Counted from the first letter of the stretch, positions 8,562 through 18,684 are shown. The stretch is 64,000 nucleotides of DNA from Sphingobacteriia bacterium (GCA_009930115.1 RZYY01000001.1:4167-68166); one strand, 5' to 3'. The notes: generated by a model from the letters alone, not told the origin. Numbers and translations are program-made.

Positions 8562-11500
8562 TCAACCAGCCACTACCACATTGATAATTTTGCCGGGTAC
8601 TACAACAACTTTTTGCACACGCTTTCCTTCGATCCATTTTCTGGATTGATCGTGCTGCAAAACTGCTTTTTCGATTTCTGAAGGTGGGGTATTGAGCGGG
8701 AATTCTATTTTATATCTCATTTTTCCGTTAAAGGAAACCGGATACTCAAAGGTGTTTTCAATCAGGTATTTTTCATTATAATCCGGGAATGCAGTGTGTG
8801 CAACACTACCTTCATTTCCAAGAAGCTGCCAGAGCTCTTCGGCGATATGCGGGGCATAGGGTGAAATAATTCTGACCAGCGGGTCAAGCACCTGTCGTTT
8901 ATGGCATTTTAGCTCGTGAAGTTCGTTTACACAGATCATAAAATTACTTACTCCGGTGTTAAATGAAAAACGCTCTATGTCTTCTTTGATTCTTTTTATG
9001 GTCAGGTGAATAATTTTAAGTTCAGCAGACGTGGGTGCTTCATTTGTAACTCTAAACCGGTTGTTTTCGTCATGGAAAAGCCGCCATAATTTCCGCATGA
9101 AACGAAAGACACCTTCAATTCCATTCGTGTCCCAGGGCTTTGATTGTTCTAATGGACCGAGGAACATTTCATAAAGACGAAGGGTGTCAGCGCCGTATTT
9201 TTCGATCAGGTCATCAGGATTTTGTACGTTGTACTTTGATTTGGACATTTTTTCCACTTCCCATCCGCATAGGTATTTTCCGTTTTCGAGGATAAAATGT
9301 GCATCGGCCAGGTGATTTTGCCATTTTTTGAAGGCTTCAATGTCGAGTACGTCATTATGTACAAGGTTTACATCAACATGAATAGGATCGGAATAAAGTT
9401 CGCGTCCGGGAACATTTTTTGAGACAAAAACAGGGATGTTTCCCAGCGGTTCTTTTTCGACGAAAGCCGGAAGCTGTTCACCATTCAGAACCCTGCGGAC
9501 TCTGTCCATTACCTGGTCCATTTCAAGCAGATCGCGAAGAGGGATAAGCAATAACTTAAGGCCTTTATTTTTACAATATTCTTCATAAGGTTCGGCAAGT
9601 TTTTCGAGTGATTGTTGCCGCTTGATTTCAATAATTAGTTCTGCATCCTTGCTGTAAAAATCGAATTTGCGATGGCCATCCCTGAAATCGCGGATAAAAG
9701 TCGTCCCTGTTTTGCCATCTTTAAGTTCTTCCCAAAGTAAAAATTCAGCCATTTTCTCAAGATTGGCACGATAGACGAAATTTGATCTGCCCTGGATCAT
9801 TCCCTGGTTGATCATTTTCCTGAAAGGTTCATCCTTGCAGGTAAGGCCGATATCGAAAAGAAACTTGTTCCAGAAGCGTGAGTAAATCAAATGACCGGTT
9901 CCATGCTCTGCTCCTCCGATGTACAAGTCAACATCCTGCCAGTAATGGTTTGCGTCTTTGGAGAAGTATTCCCTGTTATTATGAGGGTCCATATAACGCA
10001 GATAATACCCGCTTGAGCCGGCAAAACCGGGCATGGTATTGGTTTCGAGCGGGTAACCGTCTTTAGTTTTCCAGTTATCTGCTCTGGCCAGAGGGGGTTC
10101 ACCGGTATCAGTTGGTAAAAATTTATCAACAGGAGGAAGATTGAGTGGCAGCTCATTTTCGTCGAGCATATAAGGCATGTCGTTTTTGTAGTAAACAGGG
10201 AAAGGTTCTCCCCAGTATCTTTGTCTGCTGAAAATAGCATCCCGCAGACGATAATTAACTTTTCTTTTACCAATTCCAAGCTCTTCGATATGTTCGATGA
10301 TGCGATGAATAGCCTCTTTTACTTCAAGTCCTGAGATTATTCCCGAATTAATTATTTTTCCTTCCTTGGCATCATATGATTCGTCCCAGTCTGCAGGATT
10401 TGTCATTGTTTCTCCGGGTTTTTTTACTACCTGAATTATGGGAAGCAGAAAATGCTTTGCGAACACAAAATCACGGCTGTCGTGAGCCGGCACAGCCATT
10501 ATTGCTCCTGTACCATAACCTGCAAGGACATAATCAGCAATATAAATTTTCATTCTTTCCCCGTTGAGCGGATTGATGGCAAATGAGCCGGTAAACACAC
10601 CGGTTACTTTTTTCACTTCGGTAATACGCTCACGTTCTGACCGAATCTTGGTTTTTTCGATGTATTCTCTGACAGGGCCACGGTTTTGGGGGGTGGTAAT
10701 ATGAATAGCAAGCTCATGCTCTGGGGCAAGTACCATGAAAGTAGCACCATACAAAGTGTCAGGACGGGTAGTAAAAACTACAATTTCTTCCTTGTGATCC
10801 TCAACTTTAAATTTCACTGTAGCTCCTTCTGAGCGACCAATCCAGTTTCGCTGAATGTCTTTAATGGATTCGGACCAATCCAGTCGTTCGAGACCTTCGA
10901 GCAATCGTTCGGCATAGGCAGTGATTCTGAGTGACCATTGACGCATGAGTTTGCGTTCTACCTTGTGGCCTCCGCGTACCGATAATCCTTCACAAACTTC
11001 ATCATTGGCCAGCACGGTTCCCAGGTCAGGACACCAGTTTACCATTGTATCTGAAAGAAAAGCCAGGCGATAGTTCATAAGCATTTCCTGTTGCTCTTTC
11101 TCGGTCATCGAATTCCAAATCTCCGGGGTAAAAGGATCGTGGTCATTACAATGAGCTTCAATGCCATTATTACCGTATTTTTCAAAATGAGCGATCAGTG
11201 TGCTAATCGGCTGGGCTTTATCTGATTTTTTATCATACCAGTGGTTAAAAAGCCGGATAAATGTCCATTGTGTCCATTTATAGTATTCGGGGTCGCTTGT
11301 GCGTATTTCACGATCCCAGTCGTAACTAAAACCAATTTTATCAAGTTGTTCGCGATAACGTTCAATATTTTTATTGGTAGTAATTTCGGGATGGGTACCG
11401 GTTTGAATGGCATATTGTTCGGCAGGCAATCCAAATGCATCGTATCCCATGGGATGTAATACATTATAACCCTGAAGCAATTTGTATCGGGCATAAATGT

Positions 11501-11675
11501 CGGATGCAATGTAACCAAGTGGATGTCCGACATGCAATCCTGCACCAGAGGGATAAGGGAACATGTCAAGCACGTAATATTTGGGTTTTATTGATTGATT
11601 ATGGGTTTTAAAAGTTTGATTTTCAGCCCAGTAACGTTGCCATTTTTTTTCAATTTCAGAAAAATTGTAATCCAT
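8562..11675 (-). CDS. leuS: Leucine--tRNA ligase carrying an extra internal module of about 100 aa
   Basis: HVGH ([10 protein letters not shown]), KMSKS (EKMSKSKYN), the CP1 editing region and the C-terminal domain are all present in one 1037-aa frame. Confidence 0.95.
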   Translation of the reverse strand: MDYNFSEIEKKWQRYWAENQTFKTHNQSIKPKYYVLDMFPYPSGAGLHVGHPLGYIASDIYARYKLLQGYNVLHPMGYDAFGLPAEQYAIQTGTHPEITTNKNIERYREQLDKIGFSYDWDREIRTSDPEYYKWTQWTFIRLFNHWYDKKSDKAQPISTLIAHFEKYGNNGIEAHCNDHDPFTPEIWNSMTEKEQQEMLMNYRLAFLSDTMVNWCPDLGTVLANDEVCEGLSVRGGHKVERKLMRQWSLRITAYAERLLEGLERLDWSESIKDIQRNWIGRSEGATVKFKVEDHKEEIVVFTTRPDTLYGATFMVLAPEHELAIHITTPQNRGPVREYIEKTKIRSERERITEVKKVTGVFTGSFAINPLNGERMKIYIADYVLAGYGTGAIMAVPAHDSRDFVFAKHFLLPIIQVVKKPGETMTNPADWDESYDAKEGKIINSGIISGLEVKEAIHRIIEHIEELGIGKRKVNYRLRDAIFSRQRYWGEPFPVYYKNDMPYMLDENELPLNLPPVDKFLPTDTGEPPLARADNWKTKDGYPLETNTMPGFAGSSGYYLRYMDPHNNREYFSKDANHYWQDVDLYIGGAEHGTGHLIYSRFWNKFLFDIGLTCKDEPFRKMINQGMIQGRSNFVYRANLEKMAEFLLWEELKDGKTGTTFIRDFRDGHRKFDFYSKDAELIIEIKRQQSLEKLAEPYEEYCKNKGLKLLLIPLRDLLEMDQVMDRVRRVLNGEQLPAFVEKEPLGNIPVFVSKNVPGRELYSDPIHVDVNLVHNDVLDIEAFKKWQNHLADAHFILENGKYLCGWEVEKMSKSKYNVQNPDDLIEKYGADTLRLYEMFLGPLEQSKPWDTNGIEGVFRFMRKLWRLFHDENNRFRVTNEAPTSAELKIIHLTIKRIKEDIERFSFNTGVSNFMICVNELHELKCHKRQVLDPLVRIISPYAPHIAEELWQLLGNEGSVAHTAFPDYNEKYLIENTFEYPVSFNGKMRYKIEFPLNTPPSEIEKAVLQHDQSRKWIEGKRVQKVVVVPGKIINVVVAG
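9441..9767 (-). other. In-frame DUF559/Vsr-like (PD-(D/E)xK pattern) insertion within leuS, residues about 637-745
   Basis: Segment [91 protein letters not shown] follows the DUF559 layout (LW..L, F.R, DF, LI.E, G...L, RVL), with D672 and E683-x-K685. Confidence 0.55.
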
Positions 11676-11787
11676 CTTTGGTTAGGTTTTTCAAATTTTA
11701 GCTTGCGAAAATACGAAAAGTATCCCAAAAGAAATTTCAGTTTGTTTTACTGCACCGCCTCTCAGCGACATTTCACGTCTAAAATAT

Positions 11788-11795
11788 TATTTTTG
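11788..11795 (+). promoter_or_regulatory. Candidate -7 promoter box TATTTTTG for the TPR lipoprotein gene
   Basis: Exact TAnnTTTG ending 17 nt before ATG 11813. Confidence 0.5.
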
Positions 11796-11812
11796 CAGAA
11801 AATAAATATGAC

Positions 11813-12574
11813 ATGAAGAAAAGTTTGTTCTTGTTCTTGCTGGCCGGATTACTTGCGGCCTGCACCGGTAAGAAGACTGAAACCAAGCAAAAATCCCCTG
11901 ATAGTGATCTGGTTTTGTCGAAAGAGATTTCTTCGGAAGTCCAATCTGATTCTGTGGATTATCAGGAAGAAAAATCAACTGGTTTTTTGACCGAAGTAGA
12001 TGTCGAAGAATATAATCGCCGGAGAGGGACTGATGAATTTCATTACAAAAGGGGATTAGTTCTTTACGAAATAAAAAATTATTTAGAAGGGATTAAGGAA
12101 TTTGACACCGTCATCAAAATTTCGCCAAACCTTGGTTCAGCATACGTAAATCGTGGCAAAGGCTTTATCCAGCTTGAGGAATACCAGAAAGCCCTTGCTG
12201 ATTTTCAAAAAGCAGTTGCCATTGATCCATCCGATTCTACAGCTTATCTTAACCTGGCCATAGCTCATTATCAACTTAATGATTTCAATGGTTGTATTGA
12301 GGCGAATACACGCCTGCTTGAACTTTCCCCCAACAATGTGATGGGATATTTCAACCGCGGAACTGCCTATGGTAAAATCAATGATTTTCGAAATGCAATT
12401 GCTGATTTCAACAAAGCTGTCCAGATTGATCCGGGCTATACCGAAGCTTATTTCAACCTTGGGCTGGCGTATTATTGGTCAAACGATAAAGCACACGCCT
12501 GCCAAAACTGGGCAAAGGCACGAAATCTTGGATCACAAAAAGCAGCAAGAGTCTTAGAAAAATATTGCCGGTAG
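11813..12574 (+). CDS. TPR-repeat lipoprotein
   Basis: Lipoprotein signal MKKSLFLFLLAGLLAAC. Repeated 34-aa TPR units (AYVNRGKG..., AYLNLAIAHY..., GYFNRGTAYG..., AYFNLGLAYY...). Confidence 0.8.
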   Translation: MKKSLFLFLLAGLLAACTGKKTETKQKSPDSDLVLSKEISSEVQSDSVDYQEEKSTGFLTEVDVEEYNRRRGTDEFHYKRGLVLYEIKNYLEGIKEFDTVIKISPNLGSAYVNRGKGFIQLEEYQKALADFQKAVAIDPSDSTAYLNLAIAHYQLNDFNGCIEANTRLLELSPNNVMGYFNRGTAYGKINDFRNAIADFNKAVQIDPGYTEAYFNLGLAYYWSNDKAHACQNWAKARNLGSQKAARVLEKYCR

Positions 12575-12633
12575 AAAGCATAGCCTGCCTGTGTTTTGTC
12601 AAAATCTTATCAACATTTAATTCCTGCCAATGT

Positions 12634-14106
12634 ATGAAGAAAATCAACCGTTTGATGCTCATTCTGTCTCTGTTGATACCGCTGTTGACTGCAGCACAGA
12701 ACAACGAACAATCGTCATTGGTACAATCATTAAAAAATCATTTGGTAATACTTGCTTCAGACTCTCTTGAAGGAAGAGGATTGGGTACAGACGGGAGGAT
12801 TAAAGCAAGAACGTATATTGAAAATCATTTTAAAAAAGCCGGTCTTTTAACTTATGATGATGACTATTTTCAGAATTTTGAGATGCGCTTTTACCTGATA
12901 AACCTTATTGGGGCCAATATCATCGGTTATCTGCCGGGAAATGATCCGGAACTGAAAAATGAATTCATTGTCATTGGTGCACATTACGACCATCTCGGGT
13001 ATTATTTCGAAAACAATGAAAAAGTAGTTTTCAACGGTGCGGATGACAATGCTTCAGGTGTTGCTACCTTGCTTGAACTTGTCCGGTATTTCTGTGCTAA
13101 TCCTTATTTGACCGGTCGGAGCTTACTGTTTATTGCTTTTGATGCTGAGGAAAGCGGATTAATTGGCTCCGAACACTTTGTCAGTGAGAATACCAAATTT
13201 GAAATGAAGAGCCTCAAAGCCATGTTCAGTCTTGATATGGTGGGTATGTACTCGGCCAATCAAGGGTTGAGCCTTCATGGAATAGCAGCCTTCAGGGGCG
13301 GAGAAGAACTGGCAAGTGCAATTGCTGAAAAACAAAATATCCTTCTTCAGAACACCACTGGCAGAATTACTTCAGGAACCGACACAAAACCTTTTGGCGA
13401 TGCAGGCATTCCCGCTGTTCATGCTTTTACGGGACTTAAATCACCCTATCATAAACCTGAAGACAATTACGATTTGCTCGATTATGAAGGCATGGCAAAA
13501 GTCTCTCTTTATCTCAGGGAACTTATTACACAAATGTCACTGCTCCCTGAAATCCAACCTGCTTTTCCGGTTAAAAATGAGAAGAAAAAACAACCAGTAA
13601 AATTTAATTGGGGAGTAATTGCACATGCTGGCAGCTCTCACAATACATTTCCCGACGAATTTTTCAGAGCAAAAAACGTTTTTGCAGGCAGTGCAGGATT
13701 CTTTATGCAATTGCAAACACCCGGTCCATTTTACCTTCAGCCAGAACTTTTATACGACTATAACGGCAGTAAATCTGAAAACGGAACTTTCAGAAGACAT
13801 ACCCTTACAATCCCGCTGAACATTCAGTATAATCTGGCAAAAGCTACAAAAGGTCAGTACCGGATTTATCCGTTTGCCGGTGTTTACTATCGTTATACTT
13901 TTCTTGGTGAAAACGATTTTGACGGATTGAATTATGCAGATGTTTTCGAAACACAGGAATGGGGTTTAAATTTAGGGTTTGGAATGAATGTAATGGGATT
14001 ACACCTTGCCTGGACCTGGCGAAGAGGGATCACCAATATTTCCCGTAATACCGGAGTAAATATCTTCAATTCAGGTAGTTATTTTACTGTTGGATACAGG
14101 TTTTAA
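12634..14106 (+). CDS. M28 family metallopeptidase fused to a C-terminal outer-membrane beta-barrel (porin-family-like) domain
   Basis: Signal peptide from ATG 12634 (MKKINRLMLILSLLIPLLTAAQ). M28 motifs GAHYDHLG, GADDNASGVATLLEL, FDAEESGLIGS. The C-terminal 170 aa or so has alternating beta-strand patterns (LQPELLYDYNGSK, LTIPLNIQYNL, FAGVYYRYTF, WGLNLGFGMNV) and ends in GYRF. Confidence 0.8.
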   Translation: MKKINRLMLILSLLIPLLTAAQNNEQSSLVQSLKNHLVILASDSLEGRGLGTDGRIKARTYIENHFKKAGLLTYDDDYFQNFEMRFYLINLIGANIIGYLPGNDPELKNEFIVIGAHYDHLGYYFENNEKVVFNGADDNASGVATLLELVRYFCANPYLTGRSLLFIAFDAEESGLIGSEHFVSENTKFEMKSLKAMFSLDMVGMYSANQGLSLHGIAAFRGGEELASAIAEKQNILLQNTTGRITSGTDTKPFGDAGIPAVHAFTGLKSPYHKPEDNYDLLDYEGMAKVSLYLRELITQMSLLPEIQPAFPVKNEKKKQPVKFNWGVIAHAGSSHNTFPDEFFRAKNVFAGSAGFFMQLQTPGPFYLQPELLYDYNGSKSENGTFRRHTLTIPLNIQYNLAKATKGQYRIYPFAGVYYRYTFLGENDFDGLNYADVFETQEWGLNLGFGMNVMGLHLAWTWRRGITNISRNTGVNIFNSGSYFTVGYRF

Positions 14107-14184
14107 ACCAACATCCAAAACAGGTATTATTGGCTTCGATTAACATTTTTTCCTGAAATCCGGGAAATACATCAATATTCTGCA

Positions 14185-15348
14185 TTATCCCTTTCGACGC
14201 GCGATTTCCTTTTTAATAAGCGACAGCTCACGTCCGGTTTGTCCTTTCACTGAAGTATTTTCCTCAGCCCGACGAACGAGATAGGGAATCACATGTTTTA
14301 CAGGTCCGTAAGGAACATATTTGGCGACATTGTATCCGGCATGTGCAAGGTTGAAGCTGATGTGGTCGCTCATGCCATAGAGCTGCGAAAACCAGATACG
14401 AGGATCATCTTTGGCAAGATTATGCCCGGCCATAAGTTCACAAAGATAAGACGAGCTGTATTCGTTATGCGTTCCGTTGAAAATAGTGATTCGGTCGATG
14501 TGCTCAATACAAAATTTGAGGGCTGCATTGTAATCGTGATCGGTATGTTCTTTGTCCGGCTGAATAGGGGAAGGATAACCCATGTGTGCTGCTCTTGCAC
14601 GCTCTTTTTCCATATATGCGCCGCGTACAAATTTTGCTCCCAGGAAGTAATTCCCTTCAACAGCCATCTGATAGGATTTTTTCAGAAATTCCAGCCGGTC
14701 GTGGCGATACATTTGAAAAGTATTGAATACAATGGCACGATTACGGTTGTATTTGGCCATCATGGCATTTACCACTTCGTCAATAAAATTTTGATACCAG
14801 GAGTCCTCAGCGTCAATCAGAATAGAAACGTTTTTTTCATAAGCAGTTTTGCAAAGTAACTCAACGCGTTCCCTGAATTTGTCAGCTCCGGCAGCTTCGG
14901 CAGGTGTCAACTGTTCACCGGCACTTACTTTGGTAAGTAAAGAGATGGTAGTGAAAGCTGTTGGTTTGAAAACAGCAAACGGAATGTCAGGGTTTCCTTC
15001 AGCATTTTCGATAGTGCGTAATGTTTCTTCAAGGGCAAGCTGAATACCTTCCTCCGAATCAGTGCCTTCGACCGAGTAGTCGAGAATAGCTTTTACGTTG
15101 GATCTGTTTAGTGTTTCCACTGTGGGGATACATTCTGAAATCGTTTCGCCACCCACAAATTGTTTATAAATGGTTGGTTTTACAAACCAATTGACCGGAA
15201 AGCCTATTTTGAAAAGCGACTGGGTAAGTTTCCCCCCTGCTTTCACGAGCCAGTTATGAGCCAATGCGCTAAATAGAAGGTAAGATTTTCGAAGATCACT
15301 GTTGCTTTTATTTCTGAATACAATTTCGGTGTTATGAAAATTAATCAT
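14185..15348 (-). CDS. Proline dehydrogenase family protein
   Basis: MINFHNTEIVFRNKSNSDLRKSYLLF N-terminus plus FNTFQMYRHDRL and KFVRGAYMEKERARA blocks are typical of Bacteroidota monofunctional ProDH. ATG 15348 is preferred over the TTG at 15363 because a -7 box sits at 15361-15368. Confidence 0.8.
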   Translation of the reverse strand: MINFHNTEIVFRNKSNSDLRKSYLLFSALAHNWLVKAGGKLTQSLFKIGFPVNWFVKPTIYKQFVGGETISECIPTVETLNRSNVKAILDYSVEGTDSEEGIQLALEETLRTIENAEGNPDIPFAVFKPTAFTTISLLTKVSAGEQLTPAEAAGADKFRERVELLCKTAYEKNVSILIDAEDSWYQNFIDEVVNAMMAKYNRNRAIVFNTFQMYRHDRLEFLKKSYQMAVEGNYFLGAKFVRGAYMEKERARAAHMGYPSPIQPDKEHTDHDYNAALKFCIEHIDRITIFNGTHNEYSSSYLCELMAGHNLAKDDPRIWFSQLYGMSDHISFNLAHAGYNVAKYVPYGPVKHVIPYLVRRAEENTSVKGQTGRELSLIKKEIARRKG

Positions 15349-15360
15349 GGATTTTTTTTG

Positions 15361-15368
15361 CAAAAGTA
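15361..15368 (-). promoter_or_regulatory. Candidate -7 promoter box (TACTTTTG on minus strand) for the proline dehydrogenase gene
   Basis: Plus-strand CAAAAGTA. It ends 12 nt before ATG 15348. Confidence 0.5.
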
Positions 15369-15494
15369 AACAAGAGGTTTCACACCGAATAAATTTTTGT
15401 AAATCAAAGTAAACGTTTGGTATAGAATGGATTTTGTAGTATGTTTCATTAATCTCTTTGAATCAAACCGAATACAGGCATTAAGACAATAATT

Positions 15495-15502
15495 TACTTT
15501 TG
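15495..15502 (+). promoter_or_regulatory. Candidate -7 promoter box TACTTTTG for the EamA transporter (near-leaderless)
   Basis: Exact TAnnTTTG ending only 5 nt before ATG 15508. Confidence 0.45.
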
Positions 15503-15507
15503 GCATC

Positions 15508-16425
15508 ATGAATAAGCGGGAAAAATTTAAAGCACATTTGGCTCTGGCGATAACCACTATTATTTTTGGTATAAATTACTGGATATCAAAAGGATTAATG
15601 CCGGATTATCTGAATCCGCCACAGTTGGTTTTGTTGCGGGTGGTTGGAGCCTGTATGCTGTTTTGGGGACTTTCTCTTATGACCAGAGGTGAAAAAGTGC
15701 TGAAGAAAGACTTTTGGATTATTGCCATTGCCGCCTTTTTTGGTGTTACCGTAAATCAATTGTTGTTCTTCATCGGGTTAAATCTTTCTACACCGGTTGA
15801 TGTAGCTATCATTCACGTTTCGAATCCAATCTTTGTGTTGATTTTTGCTGCGCTGATGATCAGGGAAAAGATTACATGTTTTAAAGTTGCAGGTATTTTT
15901 ATCGGAGCTGCCGGAGCTGTTGTGCTTATTACCTATCGCGGGAATATCTCTTTTTCATCAGCTACCTTTACAGGCAATCTGTCAGCATTACTCAATACGC
16001 TGGCATATTCTGTTTATTTGGTAATGATAAAACCCATAATGGCCAGATATAGGCCGGTTACAGTGATGAAATGGGTTTTTCTGACAGGGTTGGTGACATC
16101 ATTGCCATTTACGATCAAGCCGGCTTTCAGTTTGACTTTTGATATATTTACGCCCTACATTTGGTTCTCGTTGTTTTTTGTAATCGTTGTAACAACATTT
16201 ATGGCGTATCTTTTTACTATTTATGCTCTGAAGTACATTGAAGCAAGTGTGGTGAGCTATTATATTTATCTTCAGCCTGTTATAGCAACACTTATTTCGT
16301 TTTGGCTGGGGCAGCAATTATTGTCGTGGCCACATGGTATGGCTGCTGCGCTGATCTTTTTAGGTGTTTATCTGGTTTCAGGAAAAATAAGGACTAATCA
16401 AACCGCCATTTCTGCAAAGACCTAA
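15508..16425 (+). CDS. DMT superfamily (EamA-like) transporter
   Basis: About 10 predicted TM helices in two EamA-like halves. 305 aa. Confidence 0.8.
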   Translation: MNKREKFKAHLALAITTIIFGINYWISKGLMPDYLNPPQLVLLRVVGACMLFWGLSLMTRGEKVLKKDFWIIAIAAFFGVTVNQLLFFIGLNLSTPVDVAIIHVSNPIFVLIFAALMIREKITCFKVAGIFIGAAGAVVLITYRGNISFSSATFTGNLSALLNTLAYSVYLVMIKPIMARYRPVTVMKWVFLTGLVTSLPFTIKPAFSLTFDIFTPYIWFSLFFVIVVTTFMAYLFTIYALKYIEASVVSYYIYLQPVIATLISFWLGQQLLSWPHGMAAALIFLGVYLVSGKIRTNQTAISAKT

Positions 16426-16602
16426 ATACTATTCATATTAAAGAATGCTGGCAGGAAGTGTTAGTAAAATCATATTTTTATCCATCTACCGGCAGGCATG
16501 TTATTTTCTTCATCATTTGAATGCTTTTTTTCTGTTTATCCTGACAGAGATCATTGGGGAATAGCCTGAAAACCGGTTGAACAAATTTCAGAAACAAATC
16601 GG

Positions 16603-18594
16603 CTATTTTTCGCAATATCTTTTTATCACGTTATAGGCATCAGTAATACCCAGTTCACCAGCTTTACTGAGATCGAAACAGGCTTCTTGATTTTGTTTCA
16701 GGTAAATAAGGGTTAAAGCGCGGTTGTAAAAAGCTTCGGCAAAATCTGGATTGAGGGCGGTGGCAATGGAATAATCCTGAATAGCACCTGCAAAATCACG
16801 CATGCGGTTTTTAATGTTCCCACGGTTGTAGTATGCGTAACTCATTTTTGGGTTGAGTTTTATGACCTGGTCATAATCACGGATAACCGGCGTAAAATCG
16901 GGGAGATAAATCTCCTGGTTATTTTTCACGGGTGTTGAACCGTCTGAGGTAAGAATCATTTCTGTGTTGGTTTGTTCGAGTGAGTACTGATGCTCGATCA
17001 GTTCAAACAAAACATTTGCTCTGTTGAAATATGCTTCGGCATAATCAGGTTTTAAATCAAGCACCCTGTCGTAGGCAACCAGAGCTTCGCTGTAGTTCAT
17101 CGACATCCAGTTGATGGTTCCTTTGAGGAAATAGTTGTCGGCATCAAATGGATTGAAATACATGATACTGTCAACTTTATTGGCGATCAACAGTTTTTTT
17201 TCTTCAGGGATGCTTATGTTTTCTATTGTCAACCCGAGCGAAAAGGAGTCGTTGTTGTAAACAAAATTGTTTAGAGGTGGGTGAATATATCCGGTACGCT
17301 GTTGATCTGTCAGAATTATGTCTGAATCATAATACCGGATGGTTATGTTGGGTTGTAATCCGATGAGTACACGTTGATGCTGAATTCTTCCGTCTGCAGG
17401 ATTATAAGCATTAAAGTCAGCTTCAAATTCAATGATTTTTTTCAGATAAGATGAGTCAGCAGAATATTGTTCATTGATGAAGCCGAAATCAGCTCCATCA
17501 TTCACTGCTTCAATGATAGCCATTGCTGTATCGTAGTCTTTGCCCGCTTCTTCAAAATCTTTCAGTTGCTGTCTTGCTGAAGCTCGTCCCATGAAGGCAG
17601 CGGCAAAATCAGGGAAAAGCCTGATAGCTCCTGAAAAATCATTAACTGCATCCTGAAAGTTATTCATGTTTGCCTGAACAATAGCACGATTATACCAGGT
17701 AAAAACATTATTGGGATTAATTTTCAGTACTTTATCGAAATCATCAAGAGCTCCTGAGAAATCTTTTCGGCTGGCTTTGATAAGGCCGCGATTGTACAAG
17801 GTCAGATCGTTAAATGGATCGAGTTGGATTACTTTGTCGAAATCAGCGATCGCTCCTGTTGTATCCCCGTTATTAAGCAAGGCTGCTGCGCGATAAAAAT
17901 AGGTAAGGGGGTTATTTTCTTCCAGCTTAATGGCATGATCGAAATCCATGATTGCCTTATCAAACCGGCCGGCTTCTTTATGTAAAAGACCGCGTCTGAT
18001 AAAGGCCTCAGTAAAATATATATTCAATCGAATGGCCTGATTGCAGTCATTAACAGCAGCGTCCAGATCGCCCATAAGGCCCTTGGCGGTTGCCCGATTG
18101 AGGTATGCATGTCCGATATCTGGCCGCAATAAAATCAAGGTATCAAAATCGCCGATGGCACCTGCATAATTCTTCATTCTGATTCTTGTAACACCCCGAC
18201 TAAAAAGTACATTAGGGTCATTAGGCCGGCGATCAAGAGATTTTTGAAAATCAGTCAGTGCACTCGAATAATCGTACATGCCGGATTTAACAACCCCGCG
18301 GTAATAATAAGCTTCAGGATTATAACTGTCGAGCATGATAGCACGTGTAAAATCATATTCTGCGCCTTTTAGGTCGCCAAGCGAAAATTTAGCACGCCCT
18401 CTGTAAAGATGTGGTTCTGCAAGATCAGGACGTGCACGAATCAGAACATTGAAAGTATGAATAGCTTCGGTGTACTTTTCACTGGCCAGCTCGCCAATTC
18501 CCTTTTTCATAAAATATTCCACGTTTAGCTGGGCCGGCAGTATTACTGGTAAAAACACCAACATGAACGACAATATGATTATTCGGTTTTTCAA
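16603..18594 (-). CDS. Large TPR-repeat protein (secreted or periplasmic)
   Basis: Signal peptide MKNRIIILSFMLVFLPVILPAQ. Many consecutive TPR units with AxxxFxxAIxLxPxxxxAYxNRG periodicity in both the N- and C-terminal thirds. Confidence 0.85.
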   Translation of the reverse strand: MKNRIIILSFMLVFLPVILPAQLNVEYFMKKGIGELASEKYTEAIHTFNVLIRARPDLAEPHLYRGRAKFSLGDLKGAEYDFTRAIMLDSYNPEAYYYRGVVKSGMYDYSSALTDFQKSLDRRPNDPNVLFSRGVTRIRMKNYAGAIGDFDTLILLRPDIGHAYLNRATAKGLMGDLDAAVNDCNQAIRLNIYFTEAFIRRGLLHKEAGRFDKAIMDFDHAIKLEENNPLTYFYRAAALLNNGDTTGAIADFDKVIQLDPFNDLTLYNRGLIKASRKDFSGALDDFDKVLKINPNNVFTWYNRAIVQANMNNFQDAVNDFSGAIRLFPDFAAAFMGRASARQQLKDFEEAGKDYDTAMAIIEAVNDGADFGFINEQYSADSSYLKKIIEFEADFNAYNPADGRIQHQRVLIGLQPNITIRYYDSDIILTDQQRTGYIHPPLNNFVYNNDSFSLGLTIENISIPEEKKLLIANKVDSIMYFNPFDADNYFLKGTINWMSMNYSEALVAYDRVLDLKPDYAEAYFNRANVLFELIEHQYSLEQTNTEMILTSDGSTPVKNNQEIYLPDFTPVIRDYDQVIKLNPKMSYAYYNRGNIKNRMRDFAGAIQDYSIATALNPDFAEAFYNRALTLIYLKQNQEACFDLSKAGELGITDAYNVIKRYCEK

Positions 18595-18684
18595 GAAAAA
18601 TATTTACCTGCTGATTGTACTTTAGAAAGTTATTTGGTCATTTTTCATTTTGCTCGGATGATTGAAATCCGGTCAGGGGTGTTT

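Noticed and set aside
9441-9767. The LeuS insertion could be an intein.
   Set aside because: There is no Cys/Ser/Thr at the N-terminal junction, no His-Asn followed by Cys/Ser/Thr at the C-terminal junction, and no Hint-domain blocks. The block is also only about 100 aa. The pattern matches a DUF559/PD-(D/E)xK fold instead.
12565-12633. N-terminal extensions in the ORF track (12565, 8402-8473, 24276-24320, 26374-26481, 47208-47291, 57005-57067, 51110-51154, 55610-55642, 63476-63502).
   Set aside because: Internal ATGs give canonical signal peptides or family N-termini. They are preceded by TAnnTTTG boxes or by the stop of the upstream gene. Several track starts are non-ATG codons lying within or upstream of the promoter box.
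14293-14859. Long antisense or alternate-frame ORFs overlap confident genes. Examples: 14293-14859 (188 aa), 19236-19646, 34844-35263, 39267-39683, 42380-42832, 49543-49944, 54508-54900, 57095-57487, 59310-59705, 9887-10279 and 11195-11569.
   Set aside because: Each lies entirely inside a gene with strong family motifs on the other strand or frame. Their translations are Cys/Phe/Ile-rich with no recognisable motifs, no signal peptides and no promoter boxes. They are typical shadow ORFs.
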